Shown: positions 27,101-34,068 of the stretch, one piece after another
Position numbering within the stretch: the stretch's first letter is position 1
How the letters are laid out: the number at the start of each line of letters is the position of its first letter
From: an uncultured virus (IMG/VR IMGVR_UViG_3300037963_002983)
Taxonomy: Duplodnaviria; Heunggongvirae; Uroviricota; Caudoviricetes
Length of the DNA stretch: 35,316 nucleotides
Strand: one strand, 5' to 3'
Virus record (IMG/VR): IMGVR_UViG_3300037963_002983
Notes under the pieces: generated by a model
Seen by the model: only the letters and a program-made list of their open reading frames with translations
Databases searched by the model: none
Told to the model about the DNA's origin: nothing
Translations under genes and position numbers: made by a program

Positions 27101-29420
27101 TTAGTGTCTTACTACCAAAAGTGCAAGTAAAATTAGCCCCCGCAGTTGTTAATTTATTATACGGGCTTTGTGTTGAGTAAATAATATCTTCCGAGAACAA
27201 AGCATTCTTGTTTATTATAGGGGAAATTAATTTTCTTATGTTGCTCCTACCTACGAGTTTAGTTTGCGTTAAGCCATCTTCTTTATATTCCTCTAACTTT
27301 TCAACAACACCATCGAATTTTTCAAGAGTAATAGCATATTGTCCTTGCATATAATCTAATAGATTTCCCCCATTTATGTTATATGGATTACTTAAAGAAC
27401 TTTGAAGTATGGAATTATAGGGGTTATTAGCAAAACTTAAAGTCAATAATTTCTTTTCTCTATCTATACTTGTAACATCGACATATAAAAATGAAAAATC
27501 TTTGGAAAGTAGTTTTATGTGTATTTCTCCATGTCTATCATTAACCCCTATAAAATCAGTAAATAAAGTCTTATCTAATCTATTGTATGCTCTCCTTTGT
27601 ATTTCTGCCCCTATAAAACTTGAAAAATTAACTGCCCCTGTGCTTGTTTGTTGATTACTATTAGTTCCTAATGTAGTTGAATCATCTACTGAATAAGAAT
27701 TAGCAAAACCAATACCTTGTGTATTTGAACTAAATGTACCTATGTGACTAACATGGACAATATCGCTATGAGTAGAAGTCGTAGGATTGAATATCCTAAC
27801 TTCGTCACCTACATTCAAGTAATTATTTAAATCGTGTTCTGTATTTAAAATGGCCTCATGCAAAGGAAAACTACCATCGCTATCAATGGAAGTAATAGTT
27901 GCACTAATCGATTTAAATTCATTCATGTCTCCTTTGAATGCTTGCTTTCTAACTCTAATAGATTCTCCTTCTTTTATTTTCTTTGGTAGTATTCTGTAAG
28001 GGTCTGCTATTTTTACTTCCGCAATACTGCCCTTCTTACCAAAGGATTCATTGACAAAACAATCTAATACATTATAAGATAGATTTGCTTTATCTTTAGA
28101 ATAAGCATAAGAAACATACCTATATTCGCCATTGTAGTCTTGACTTGCAGTATCAGTTATTGTATCGTTATCATCTCTTCTAGCATTAGTAAAACAAGCG
28201 TCGTTTGTAAAAGGAGTATAGTCTAAAATTGTATTGCCTTCATTACTTGTATGAGTGGTTGGATTATCTTGTTCTTTTAGTTTATCAATTAACTTTGTTT
28301 TGAGAGTAAATCTGCTATAATCAATTATAGTAGTTCCAAAGTCTGCTTTTGTTGTAAAGTGACTATCTATTGCTAATGTTTCAGTAGCATTAGCAACATA
28401 ATCTCCTTCTTTAAACATAATAGTATGCTTTCTATCGTGATTTAATTCATCTTTTTTATCTAAGTAGTCATTAAAGAAATAGAATAAAGGTCTAGCACAA
28501 TGTATTTCATAAGTAGGAGCATTTATTATACCTGCTCCTATTACTAGTGGGTGATTACTAGTAGGTATAGGATAAGAAAATAACCTAAACTTAGAACCAT
28601 TAGCAATCTCATTTCCTAGTTTTGGCTCAAATTCAAAAGCATCTCCTTCTATATCTTCTGTTAATTTTTCTGTTACTCTAACAAAATGATGTTTTGAAAA
28701 ATCATCGGAGTGAATCATGGCAAATAAATAATGAGTGTTTTCATTCCATCCATTTATTCTAACTCCTGTTTCATTAGTGTTATCGAAACACTTTATTTTA
28801 AATCCATCAGTAGTTGCTAGATTAGAATACTCTAAACCCAAGACTACTGTTTGACTGCTTGCAGTAGTGCCTGTCGCTATCTTAGAAATTGTGAATGTTG
28901 TTGAAGAAAGAATGTTATCAATTATGGTATTATCTTGTAATTTAGAGTGATGGATGCTTTGTCCAACATATAAATCATCGGTGTTTCCACTAGATAAAGT
29001 GATTAGAGAACTGCTTTGTGTAATAGTGCAATTACCTAAAGTGCTTCTGCCTAATGGAGTTAATATAACGCTTCCTGTGCTTTCGGGAGTGATTGCTATG
29101 TTTAATCTACTAGTAGTCGTTGATGAATCGAAAACATATAGCATAGGATTAGTAGGGCAACTATATGCGGTTTTAGTAAAGGTAAAAGACCTACTAGTAG
29201 TTATTGAATCATTAGAATTTTTATTCATTGTTGCCGTATTAGCCCCACTATTAATAGAAGTAATTATGCTCCCATCGGCTATTCCTGTTCCCGAAACTTT
29301 CATCCCAACAAATAAATTTGTAGTGGTTAAATTGCTAATAACCGCACTACCTGTTCCGGCAGTAGTTCCTGTTAAAACAACAGTATTAGGATTAGAAGAG
29401 ATAGCCACTATTTCAGTCAT
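21126..29420 (-). CDS. giant (2764 aa) tail-tip/hub-adhesin virion protein
   Basis: Uninterrupted ORF in the tail module with repeated L.VG..V.G.GI..GT.I..I modules and a C-terminal tail-hub-like region (FNDITVFG...LRAGDIITVEI...LELGK). Confidence 0.75.
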   Translation of the reverse strand: MTEIVAISSNPNTVVLTGTTAGTGSAVISNLTTTNLFVGMKVSGTGIADGSIITSINSGANTATMNKNSNDSITTSRSFTFTKTAYSCPTNPMLYVFDSSTTTSRLNIAITPESTGSVILTPLGRSTLGNCTITQSSSLITLSSGNTDDLYVGQSIHHSKLQDNTIIDNILSSTTFTISKIATGTTASSQTVVLGLEYSNLATTDGFKIKCFDNTNETGVRINGWNENTHYLFAMIHSDDFSKHHFVRVTEKLTEDIEGDAFEFEPKLGNEIANGSKFRLFSYPIPTSNHPLVIGAGIINAPTYEIHCARPLFYFFNDYLDKKDELNHDRKHTIMFKEGDYVANATETLAIDSHFTTKADFGTTIIDYSRFTLKTKLIDKLKEQDNPTTHTSNEGNTILDYTPFTNDACFTNARRDDNDTITDTASQDYNGEYRYVSYAYSKDKANLSYNVLDCFVNESFGKKGSIAEVKIADPYRILPKKIKEGESIRVRKQAFKGDMNEFKSISATITSIDSDGSFPLHEAILNTEHDLNNYLNVGDEVRIFNPTTSTHSDIVHVSHIGTFSSNTQGIGFANSYSVDDSTTLGTNSNQQTSTGAVNFSSFIGAEIQRRAYNRLDKTLFTDFIGVNDRHGEIHIKLLSKDFSFLYVDVTSIDREKKLLTLSFANNPYNSILQSSLSNPYNINGGNLLDYMQGQYAITLEKFDGVVEKLEEYKEDGLTQTKLVGRSNIRKLISPIINKNALFSEDIIYSTQSPYNKLTTAGANFTCTFGSKTLTASTSITLATGDKIHIKYDTGMMSYVGEISSGTTGTSFTLVDFPRAEGTTLTGYKEANHNFVFNKALATNPYIESSTSLSGASSKGLFFKSGTQIDSTGAETTDLVGTSHSTNENALGYNINEVKRMKSDPHFQSTLESSTFDTVNTLMDFEVISTTSKDNGTDIVIAPYMPLTLGRVDINYANTNDTSYSGTNLGRIVADATSVQRYIEVDADTALSSMNQLRGNRNLHNKPIYINGKFLANVVQVVKSTNTQIYLDRRVGLFTLDCVCVSGSTILETPSTDNLFVGMELSGTGITSGTTITEIVDTAKITISASATSSQTSSILFKFKAGMQIDKLNGHAKEDVSILSKATKETKESSKLTHELSLLNGAHLHGAKTIGLIHPKLQTGNTYNKTSLLNYPIVTSQPFHLHYQGGSNVSRRAHYYDGSTTQADEMPKSSQEVFGTPLYRLLNIEKGNINTILPKILGSTEQYYTETKSKIPYYASSYRFNAGHYIDGIEQTNIIGTDIMGLSFVGFSQIETFDGSPFIEHNLKSSSYGGIEALSFPRVGQKIVASGVPANTFVESLVGVSSGSTETHEVILTNNATASASGVTTKFFQFDYKRIPESRGLLPSTGSKFFDMTTLEKHSTHPIESSNEYTYDMDGFHSGSYPIVLLPPTPVTETQTVSSTKLHTPFLVKDRFGHIDPKVARMFLFSNSDLLPYSSTRKDSLMYAGKDRDLTKYSIMFLKDTTTSDYREPKDALGFIGESSSITRLDNQYSSSIITSVTGKEIRNLRRFSIMRLTEVVYDFCFNQIDPENPPSKNITIPQTIYPFTHMKRVVESGSGDIGLHINSISTNTLNLSGNWSGGTAGDIICDKEGRYIGVVSSIGTNTIVLTSAPVKTTVNASGVSVDYFDYQVNRSGSVPTESRQYPLYYIPVETQNIASSSNATGYSYLQGMGEIGDFRNIDFSIHLLKSAVMRGIAEKDNDGESSSAAEYTNHVNSLRGDDDAGFGGDNASHTNIDYHTEVGELIHGKKRTFSPFMTQSAESSAFGIGNGETDVNLWLPINFGYRPNIFMIANDSANSDVSTRGEYGTNAPFPLFMEYMASRNISAESGDGTEPYAYVKRQVVGIDHSGAAVTSEHRIRHSLFGQILQNFKPIFFNNFTIKGGEGAKAVAGMVGTRITGVSKVAHLEQTSYLQSRVGISMNEAILSGSNGTIAYGGFANNKAENGSATEDITGRNSVTYANDADGVMFGLKPILKLDIGYQIDAVSFTHTGDYPARATVGSIFVIDGVGLAKTAAETASPNLDHIPTQAYIRTGIDDYATDKVPEGTCIRSYECHAVNFNRLHMDKNAIASTSSSAPIAVSRNFIGTKKGSNGTDIHTFWLTDADLKSMNVNASGDPNTMYGSHNPMWLSNVDLTGCYLVSEAGQYIRDDGSVRYTTNLQGLSYVYTPTNQNLSGSHGVYENSHSRRFSNDATTPRHILYILSHEIDTTDHSRKHIITLSGTLPDPIKISDIPDSTDSGKGCFHRMNHASRFQYYKIMQPNHTCFNSFSPKNIKLNELSSKYTKKPYEEANYDEINAYQIKDGLGSRPFESNNEGVLSMYVIVDADSQNTGNDLIVTDPTNLRDNILKEGSTKMLFSDGDNQNYTEVEFIQPETSTTIPEYYLRLKDQKELLGVVSVSEAITVSVPENVSNAKRALIGSVVNIGTDSDLLINDLLEENGITFTINKNETYPLIVSPKFTGVDLYSAITFLMNKKNKKLIEDGSSFSIKNDDSSFQSKLFLTTQSTDNEIFTYKKTKSSFDKFNDITVFGRNHKAIRKEMKSIKKDGIKSLQVFEEELITQSEVDKRANELLKLHNEDNFNLNLTVGHKNMSQLRAGDIITVEILEENIPRSEFLVLDIQHSLSGMMELELGKYIKGLEDRFAELSIANRKTNNRLNEDLVDLNSTQFSFLDKIKIKPIRMLIRKKSVTAGSFTLNTASTTLNTSTSPLNIGTTIFTTLEEEDF

Positions 29421-30805
29421 TCATCCACTTCCTCAAATCTAAAATAAAATAGAGTGTCTTTCAAATTAGGAAGTAGGTTGTTAATTAAAAACTTCTTTCT
29501 AATTGTTGAAGTCATGCACATTTCATGTAGTTCCCCCATAAATTGTTTATTAGCAGTAGCACTATCCTCTCCTATTCCTTGATTGTTATTAGCCCCGATA
29601 AATAAATCTTCCTCGGCCATAGTAAAATCACTACTAGCCCCGACACTTACGCTCTTTTGTAGTGTTCCATTTAAGTATATATTAAGAGTTTTTCCTATAT
29701 CATTGTATGAACAAGCAATATGAAATTGGTCGTTAATATAGATTGGTTGTTGTGTATTTTTAATATATATGTTTGTATTGTTGGCAATTAATGATGTTCC
29801 ATCATCAAAATTAGCAACTAGTTCAACCCTAATATCATCAACTACAGTTTGTATTATTCCTAAAGAAGTGAAATTGAATCCCTTTCTAATGAATATTTCT
29901 TGCCCTACTTGTAATTTAGCAGTTGAGGCTACGGGTATTTGATTGGTTGGTAAACTAGGAGAACTTGTGTCTAAACTAGTCGCTACGATATATTCTTGTA
30001 GTCCTTTTTTATTAATACCATCTAGCGTTTCTGCTCCGATTCTATTAATGCCCTTATCGTTAGAGACTTGGCTATGAAGCCCTATATTTGTAAAATGATT
30101 CATTTCGGCTTTGGAAACAATTACTGCATTGTCTGTTATAGCGGTATAATCAGTTCCTCCTATTTTTACTCCCGCTTTTATTTTATATTCGGCAGGTTGG
30201 TTAGTATTTGTTGAAGTGGCGTTGACTAAAGATAAGTAAAAGTTAGTGCTTGAAAATATTCTCATTTCGTGAGTTAGCCTAGCACTTTGAGTTAAGTAGT
30301 CTTCGCTTTGAAAGTTAGCACTATCAGCATCACTTTGTATAACACTAGGCATTACTTTTTGTGATGCAATAGCAGTAGGTTTTTCAAAAACAAAAGTCCT
30401 GTCAGCCGTAGTATCAGTAGTGGCATCATTATCTATATCAATACTAGTACCATTAGTATTTATTTCTACTATTTTACTTCCTGTTGGTATTCCATCACCG
30501 CTTACTGTCATACCTGCTACTAAAGTGCTAGTGCTAGTAAAACCATCTATGTATTTTTTATTTGTTGCGGAGGCATTAGTAGTGCAAGAAAGAGTTTGAG
30601 TCGCACCATCAGCAAGACTCATTCCATTTATGTCATAAGGAGTCACAATACTCTCAAATGTAAATGAACCCCTATGCGCCCATATACCATAATTGATACC
30701 ATCGGCGGAAGATGGAACATTATCGCTATAATCTATTTTAATATGAGCATTACACATGACGGGGAATACTAGTCCCCTTTGTTTACCCACCAAAATATCA
30801 TACAT
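29417..30805 (-). CDS. LamG/concanavalin-A-like domain virion protein with inserted beta modules
   Basis: SFTFESIVTP...FHIACSYN...IYLNGTL...LFIGAN...FMGELHE pattern. Confidence 0.72.
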   Translation of the reverse strand: MYDILVGKQRGLVFPVMCNAHIKIDYSDNVPSSADGINYGIWAHRGSFTFESIVTPYDINGMSLADGATQTLSCTTNASATNKKYIDGFTSTSTLVAGMTVSGDGIPTGSKIVEINTNGTSIDIDNDATTDTTADRTFVFEKPTAIASQKVMPSVIQSDADSANFQSEDYLTQSARLTHEMRIFSSTNFYLSLVNATSTNTNQPAEYKIKAGVKIGGTDYTAITDNAVIVSKAEMNHFTNIGLHSQVSNDKGINRIGAETLDGINKKGLQEYIVATSLDTSSPSLPTNQIPVASTAKLQVGQEIFIRKGFNFTSLGIIQTVVDDIRVELVANFDDGTSLIANNTNIYIKNTQQPIYINDQFHIACSYNDIGKTLNIYLNGTLQKSVSVGASSDFTMAEEDLFIGANNNQGIGEDSATANKQFMGELHEMCMTSTIRKKFLINNLLPNLKDTLFYFRFEEVDE

Positions 30806-30813
30806 GCTATCAC

Positions 30814-31518
30814 CTATGGAACAATAACCGCAGTTTCAAATTCTAAACTAAAAGATAATTCATAGGTTTCTCCGCTTATATCGCAACTAAAACTTCTAAT
30901 GAATCCTGTTAATCCTGTGTCTGTATCTTTGTCGGGGAATGAAGATATTTTTGCAGGAACTCCTAAATTATCTAATTCATCATTGTCTCCTCTTGAAGCA
31001 AATGTAAAAGGGATATTTCTTCCATTTTCTCTAGTGCTATTATCATCTACCGTAACAGTCCAAGTTCCACCATTGGCTTCACAATCCGTCTTATTGAAAT
31101 ACGCTGAATTACTACAAGTTCCAATGTAATTATAATCACTAGCAACCAAAGAAGGTATTTTGACAATTAATTCATTTATTGCTTGGTTCTTAGCAAACCC
31201 TGTTGAATCAACGCCCGATGCAATCATTTGAGCAATTTCATGTGCAGTAAATTTTCTGCTAACTGTTTCATTATCAATTGTCTTTGAAATCATTTCATCT
31301 AATATGACACCTTGAACCGATATTGTTTTTTGAGCCATTCCTAAATCTAAGGCTGCGGTTATAGATTCCCCCGTAGCGACACCGGATAGAGGAACAGGAA
31401 AAGAAGGTATAGTTTTACTTACTGATATAGAAACTGAATTAGCCTTTAGTGGAATAACATTTATCGTATCGCTATTATCAGTATTACTTTGCAGTTTTAG
31501 ATATACATATGTAGTCAT
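30814..31518 (-). CDS. putative distal tail/baseplate protein
   Basis: Immediately follows the tape measure gene; KTISVQGVI...GFIRSFS...FSLEF beta pattern; AGGTGA RBS. Confidence 0.55.
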   Translation of the reverse strand: MTTYVYLKLQSNTDNSDTINVIPLKANSVSISVSKTIPSFPVPLSGVATGESITAALDLGMAQKTISVQGVILDEMISKTIDNETVSRKFTAHEIAQMIASGVDSTGFAKNQAINELIVKIPSLVASDYNYIGTCSNSAYFNKTDCEANGGTWTVTVDDNSTRENGRNIPFTFASRGDNDELDNLGVPAKISSFPDKDTDTGLTGFIRSFSCDISGETYELSFSLEFETAVIVP

Positions 31519-31529
31519 TTTAAATCACC

Positions 31530-33308
31530 TTAAACAAATCCTCTTCCTGTGGAAGTTCTATTTATATTCTTGAAAATATCATTACCTAATTGCTTGGCCA
31601 CTCTTCTCAATTCAGCATCGGATAAGTCTTTAGCATTTACAGTTATGTTGAAGTTATTAACAACTGAACCGCTAGAAGCAACCATTTTCTTACTATCACT
31701 ATTACTATGAACTCTAGAGCCTTTTGGTAAAGTGACTAATTCCGGCCCTTTTTCTCCAACCAAAGATAGTCCTTCTTTAGTGACTCCGCCGGAAGCGAAT
31801 GGATTGATTTTATCTGCCATCCATTTAACGGCTGCCATAATAAAAGCCCCAACTGCAACTGCTATCATTAAAGGCATAGCATAAATGGCTGCGACTGTTA
31901 GCATTTGAATTGCTATTTGTTTTATTACATAGGCTGCCAAGAAGATAAATAGTGCCTTCTTTGCTATTTTAAACACGGCACTAGTAAATTCAGCGTTTTC
32001 TCCACCAAAAAGACCACTAACAAACCTAACTATAATATCTATTGTTGTGTAAAATACCCCTATTGCTAATGCTAGTAGTCCTTTCAATAGAACTTTGACT
32101 AGCCCCCACGCTATCATTAATAAATTATCAACAATCCCCAAAGCATAATCTAAAAATGTATAAATGTCTCCCGATAATAAAGCACCTATCATACCAAATA
32201 TTGACATAATATTATCTAATACTAATGAGCCTATTTCCATTATATCATTTATTACTCCCATGTCTTCTAATATCCCTAATGAGTCATAGATAAATTTAGC
32301 CAAAACCATAAATGCTACAATTCCTAACATTAACATTATCATAACTTTAAAGGCATAATTTAATACCGGCCTAGCCGAACTAGCAACTCCCATCATAAAA
32401 TTTCTATATTTTATTCTTAATTTAGATAATTTCTCGTTTTTAGTTATAGAGTCTTGTATCGTTAAATATAGTCCTTTAATATCACCATCTTTTAAAGCGG
32501 ATAAAACATTACCGCTAGTCGCAGCCATTTTGTCAATGCCTTGCTTTGTTTTTTCTAAAGCACCACTAAATGCTTTTCTAAACTCTATTGCTTTGTAAGA
32601 TGCAATTAAACCATCTTTGATTTCTTTCCTACCATCTTTGCTAAGTAGCGTTAATAGAGGGCTAGAATCTTTCATGGCTTCTGCTCTTTCATCTAATTTA
32701 CTCTCTATTTCTGCCCTACCTCCGGCAGTTCTCATACTTTTGTTGAATTGCGCTTGTTTTTGTGCTACCTTAAATTGCGCTTGTTGTTGTTTTCCCTTTT
32801 TAAGCAATTCATCTAATCCTTTCTCATAGGCGACATTTGCTTTATCTCCTTCCAAGATTGCTAAATTATAAGCGTATGTTCCTTTTATTGCTTCTTTTAG
32901 TTCTTTATTTCCTTTTCGTCTTAAAGCATTGTGAAGTTGAGTTCCGGTAGCAAGTTGTTGTTGTAGTAAAATTGCATTAGCGAGGGGTTTTTCTAGGGCT
33001 TGATATGCTTGAACACTATCTATAACTCTTTGCTCCTGTTCTTTCGCAGCCTTAGCATTAGCCTGTGCGCTTTGTTCTACTTGCGCTAAAACATCTATAA
33101 AAGCCCTAACTTTATTTTGTATTTTCCATATAGGACTACCCGATACTATTCTTGAAAAGATAGTCCATTTTTTACCTGCCCTACTAGTGGCATCGGACAT
33201 TTTTATTAACTTTTTAACCAATCCTTGAAATTCAGTTCCCGCATCTAAAGTAACCTTATTTAAATCAGTAAGATTACCTGCGAGTTTTTGAACCTCATCG
33301 TCGGCCAT
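31530..33308 (-). CDS. tail tape measure protein
   Basis: Helical and Ala/Lys-rich with hydrophobic segments; C-terminal FASGG...LVGEKGPELV...P.GSRV motif; downstream of the chaperone pair. Confidence 0.8.
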   Translation of the reverse strand: MADDEVQKLAGNLTDLNKVTLDAGTEFQGLVKKLIKMSDATSRAGKKWTIFSRIVSGSPIWKIQNKVRAFIDVLAQVEQSAQANAKAAKEQEQRVIDSVQAYQALEKPLANAILLQQQLATGTQLHNALRRKGNKELKEAIKGTYAYNLAILEGDKANVAYEKGLDELLKKGKQQQAQFKVAQKQAQFNKSMRTAGGRAEIESKLDERAEAMKDSSPLLTLLSKDGRKEIKDGLIASYKAIEFRKAFSGALEKTKQGIDKMAATSGNVLSALKDGDIKGLYLTIQDSITKNEKLSKLRIKYRNFMMGVASSARPVLNYAFKVMIMLMLGIVAFMVLAKFIYDSLGILEDMGVINDIMEIGSLVLDNIMSIFGMIGALLSGDIYTFLDYALGIVDNLLMIAWGLVKVLLKGLLALAIGVFYTTIDIIVRFVSGLFGGENAEFTSAVFKIAKKALFIFLAAYVIKQIAIQMLTVAAIYAMPLMIAVAVGAFIMAAVKWMADKINPFASGGVTKEGLSLVGEKGPELVTLPKGSRVHSNSDSKKMVASSGSVVNNFNITVNAKDLSDAELRRVAKQLGNDIFKNINRTSTGRGFV

Positions 33309-33309
33309 G

Positions 33310-33522
33310 TTATCTACCTGCGTTCTTTTTTGCTTTGTCTAACTCTTCGTGTTTAATCTTTTCCATATTAAAATGGACTAATAATAAATCCATCACTAAA
33401 CTTGATGGCATTTTATAAATTTCTAATGGACTTATAGATAGAGCCGAAGCCAATGTATAAGTCATAATTAAGAATACTGTTTCGGGATTACTCTTTCTTC
33501 CCCTAATAGCATTCTCAATCAT
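33310..33522 (-). CDS. tail assembly chaperone, downstream (gpT-like) frame
   Basis: Lies in the -1 frame relative to the upstream chaperone; LSISPLEIYKMP motif typical of gpGT C-terminal parts. Confidence 0.7.
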   Translation of the reverse strand: MIENAIRGRKSNPETVFLIMTYTLASALSISPLEIYKMPSSLVMDLLLVHFNMEKIKHEELDKAKKNAGR

Positions 33523-33884
33523 TCGTTTTTTTCTTCATCCTCCTGTAAAACATTCATAGGATTAGGTAGGATTTCTTTTAATTGATTACCAATATAAGGA
33601 CTTAACCTTAGCATATCAAGTGTTGAGAGTGAGGGTTCAGTTTTAGATATAAAATTCTCTACCATATAACGATACATGGCATTTATATCAATATCTACAT
33701 TTTGCGTTCTAGCATCTATTTTCATAACACTATTCATGGCTTTTTCAGCCTCTAGCCATGTAGGTTCTTTAACCCACACTTGTAGATATTCTTCTTGGTC
33801 GGGTGCTACTTTAACATAGTGTAGCGTAGGCTCTTGTAGTGCAAATAGCACATTCTTATCTTTTATTACTTTCTTTTCAGTCAT
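33519..33884 (-). CDS. tail assembly chaperone (gpG-like)
   Basis: Between tail tube and tape measure; ATG 33884 follows AGGTGG; ends ...EEKNE* across a slippery heptamer. Confidence 0.75.
   Translation of the reverse strand: MTEKKVIKDKNVLFALQEPTLHYVKVAPDQEEYLQVWVKEPTWLEAEKAMNSVMKIDARTQNVDIDINAMYRYMVENFISKTEPSLSTLDMLRLSPYIGNQLKEILPNPMNVLQEDEEKNE
33525..33531 (-). other. predicted -1 programmed ribosomal frameshift site A AAA AAC
   Basis: The - strand reads GAA AAA AAC GAA TGA. A -1 slip gives AAA AAA CGA ATG ATT, in frame with 33310-33522. Confidence 0.75.
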
Positions 33885-33888
33885 ATTA

Positions 33889-33932
33889 TCCACCTTCAAA
33901 ACCAACAAACAAACAAACGGTGTTGGTGGAAT
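33889..33932 (-). promoter_or_regulatory. alternative-pairing RNA element overlapping the chaperone RBS
   Basis: The - strand reads TTCCACCAACACCGTTTGTTTGTTTGTTGGTTTTGAAGGTGGA. It can form either an ACCAACA/TGTTGGT hairpin or a TCCACC/GGTGGA helix. Confidence 0.5.
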
Positions 33933-33938
33933 TTATAA

Positions 33939-34064
33939 TTACTTGGCTATTGGAGTTTTCTTTTTCTCCTCCTTAGCCTTCTTTCTAGCATCAGCCTTTT
34001 GTTGGGCTTTTGTCTTTTTCTCTCTTTCAGCGACTAATTTTCCTTTTTCTTCTTTAGAAACCAT
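33939..34064 (-). CDS. 41-aa lysine-rich peptide (not in ORF track)
   Basis: MVSKEEKGKLVAEREKKTKAQQKADARKKAKEEKKKTPIAK; GGGTGA RBS overlaps the tail-tube stop. Confidence 0.55.
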   Translation of the reverse strand: MVSKEEKGKLVAEREKKTKAQQKADARKKAKEEKKKTPIAK

Positions 34065-34068
34065 TTAA

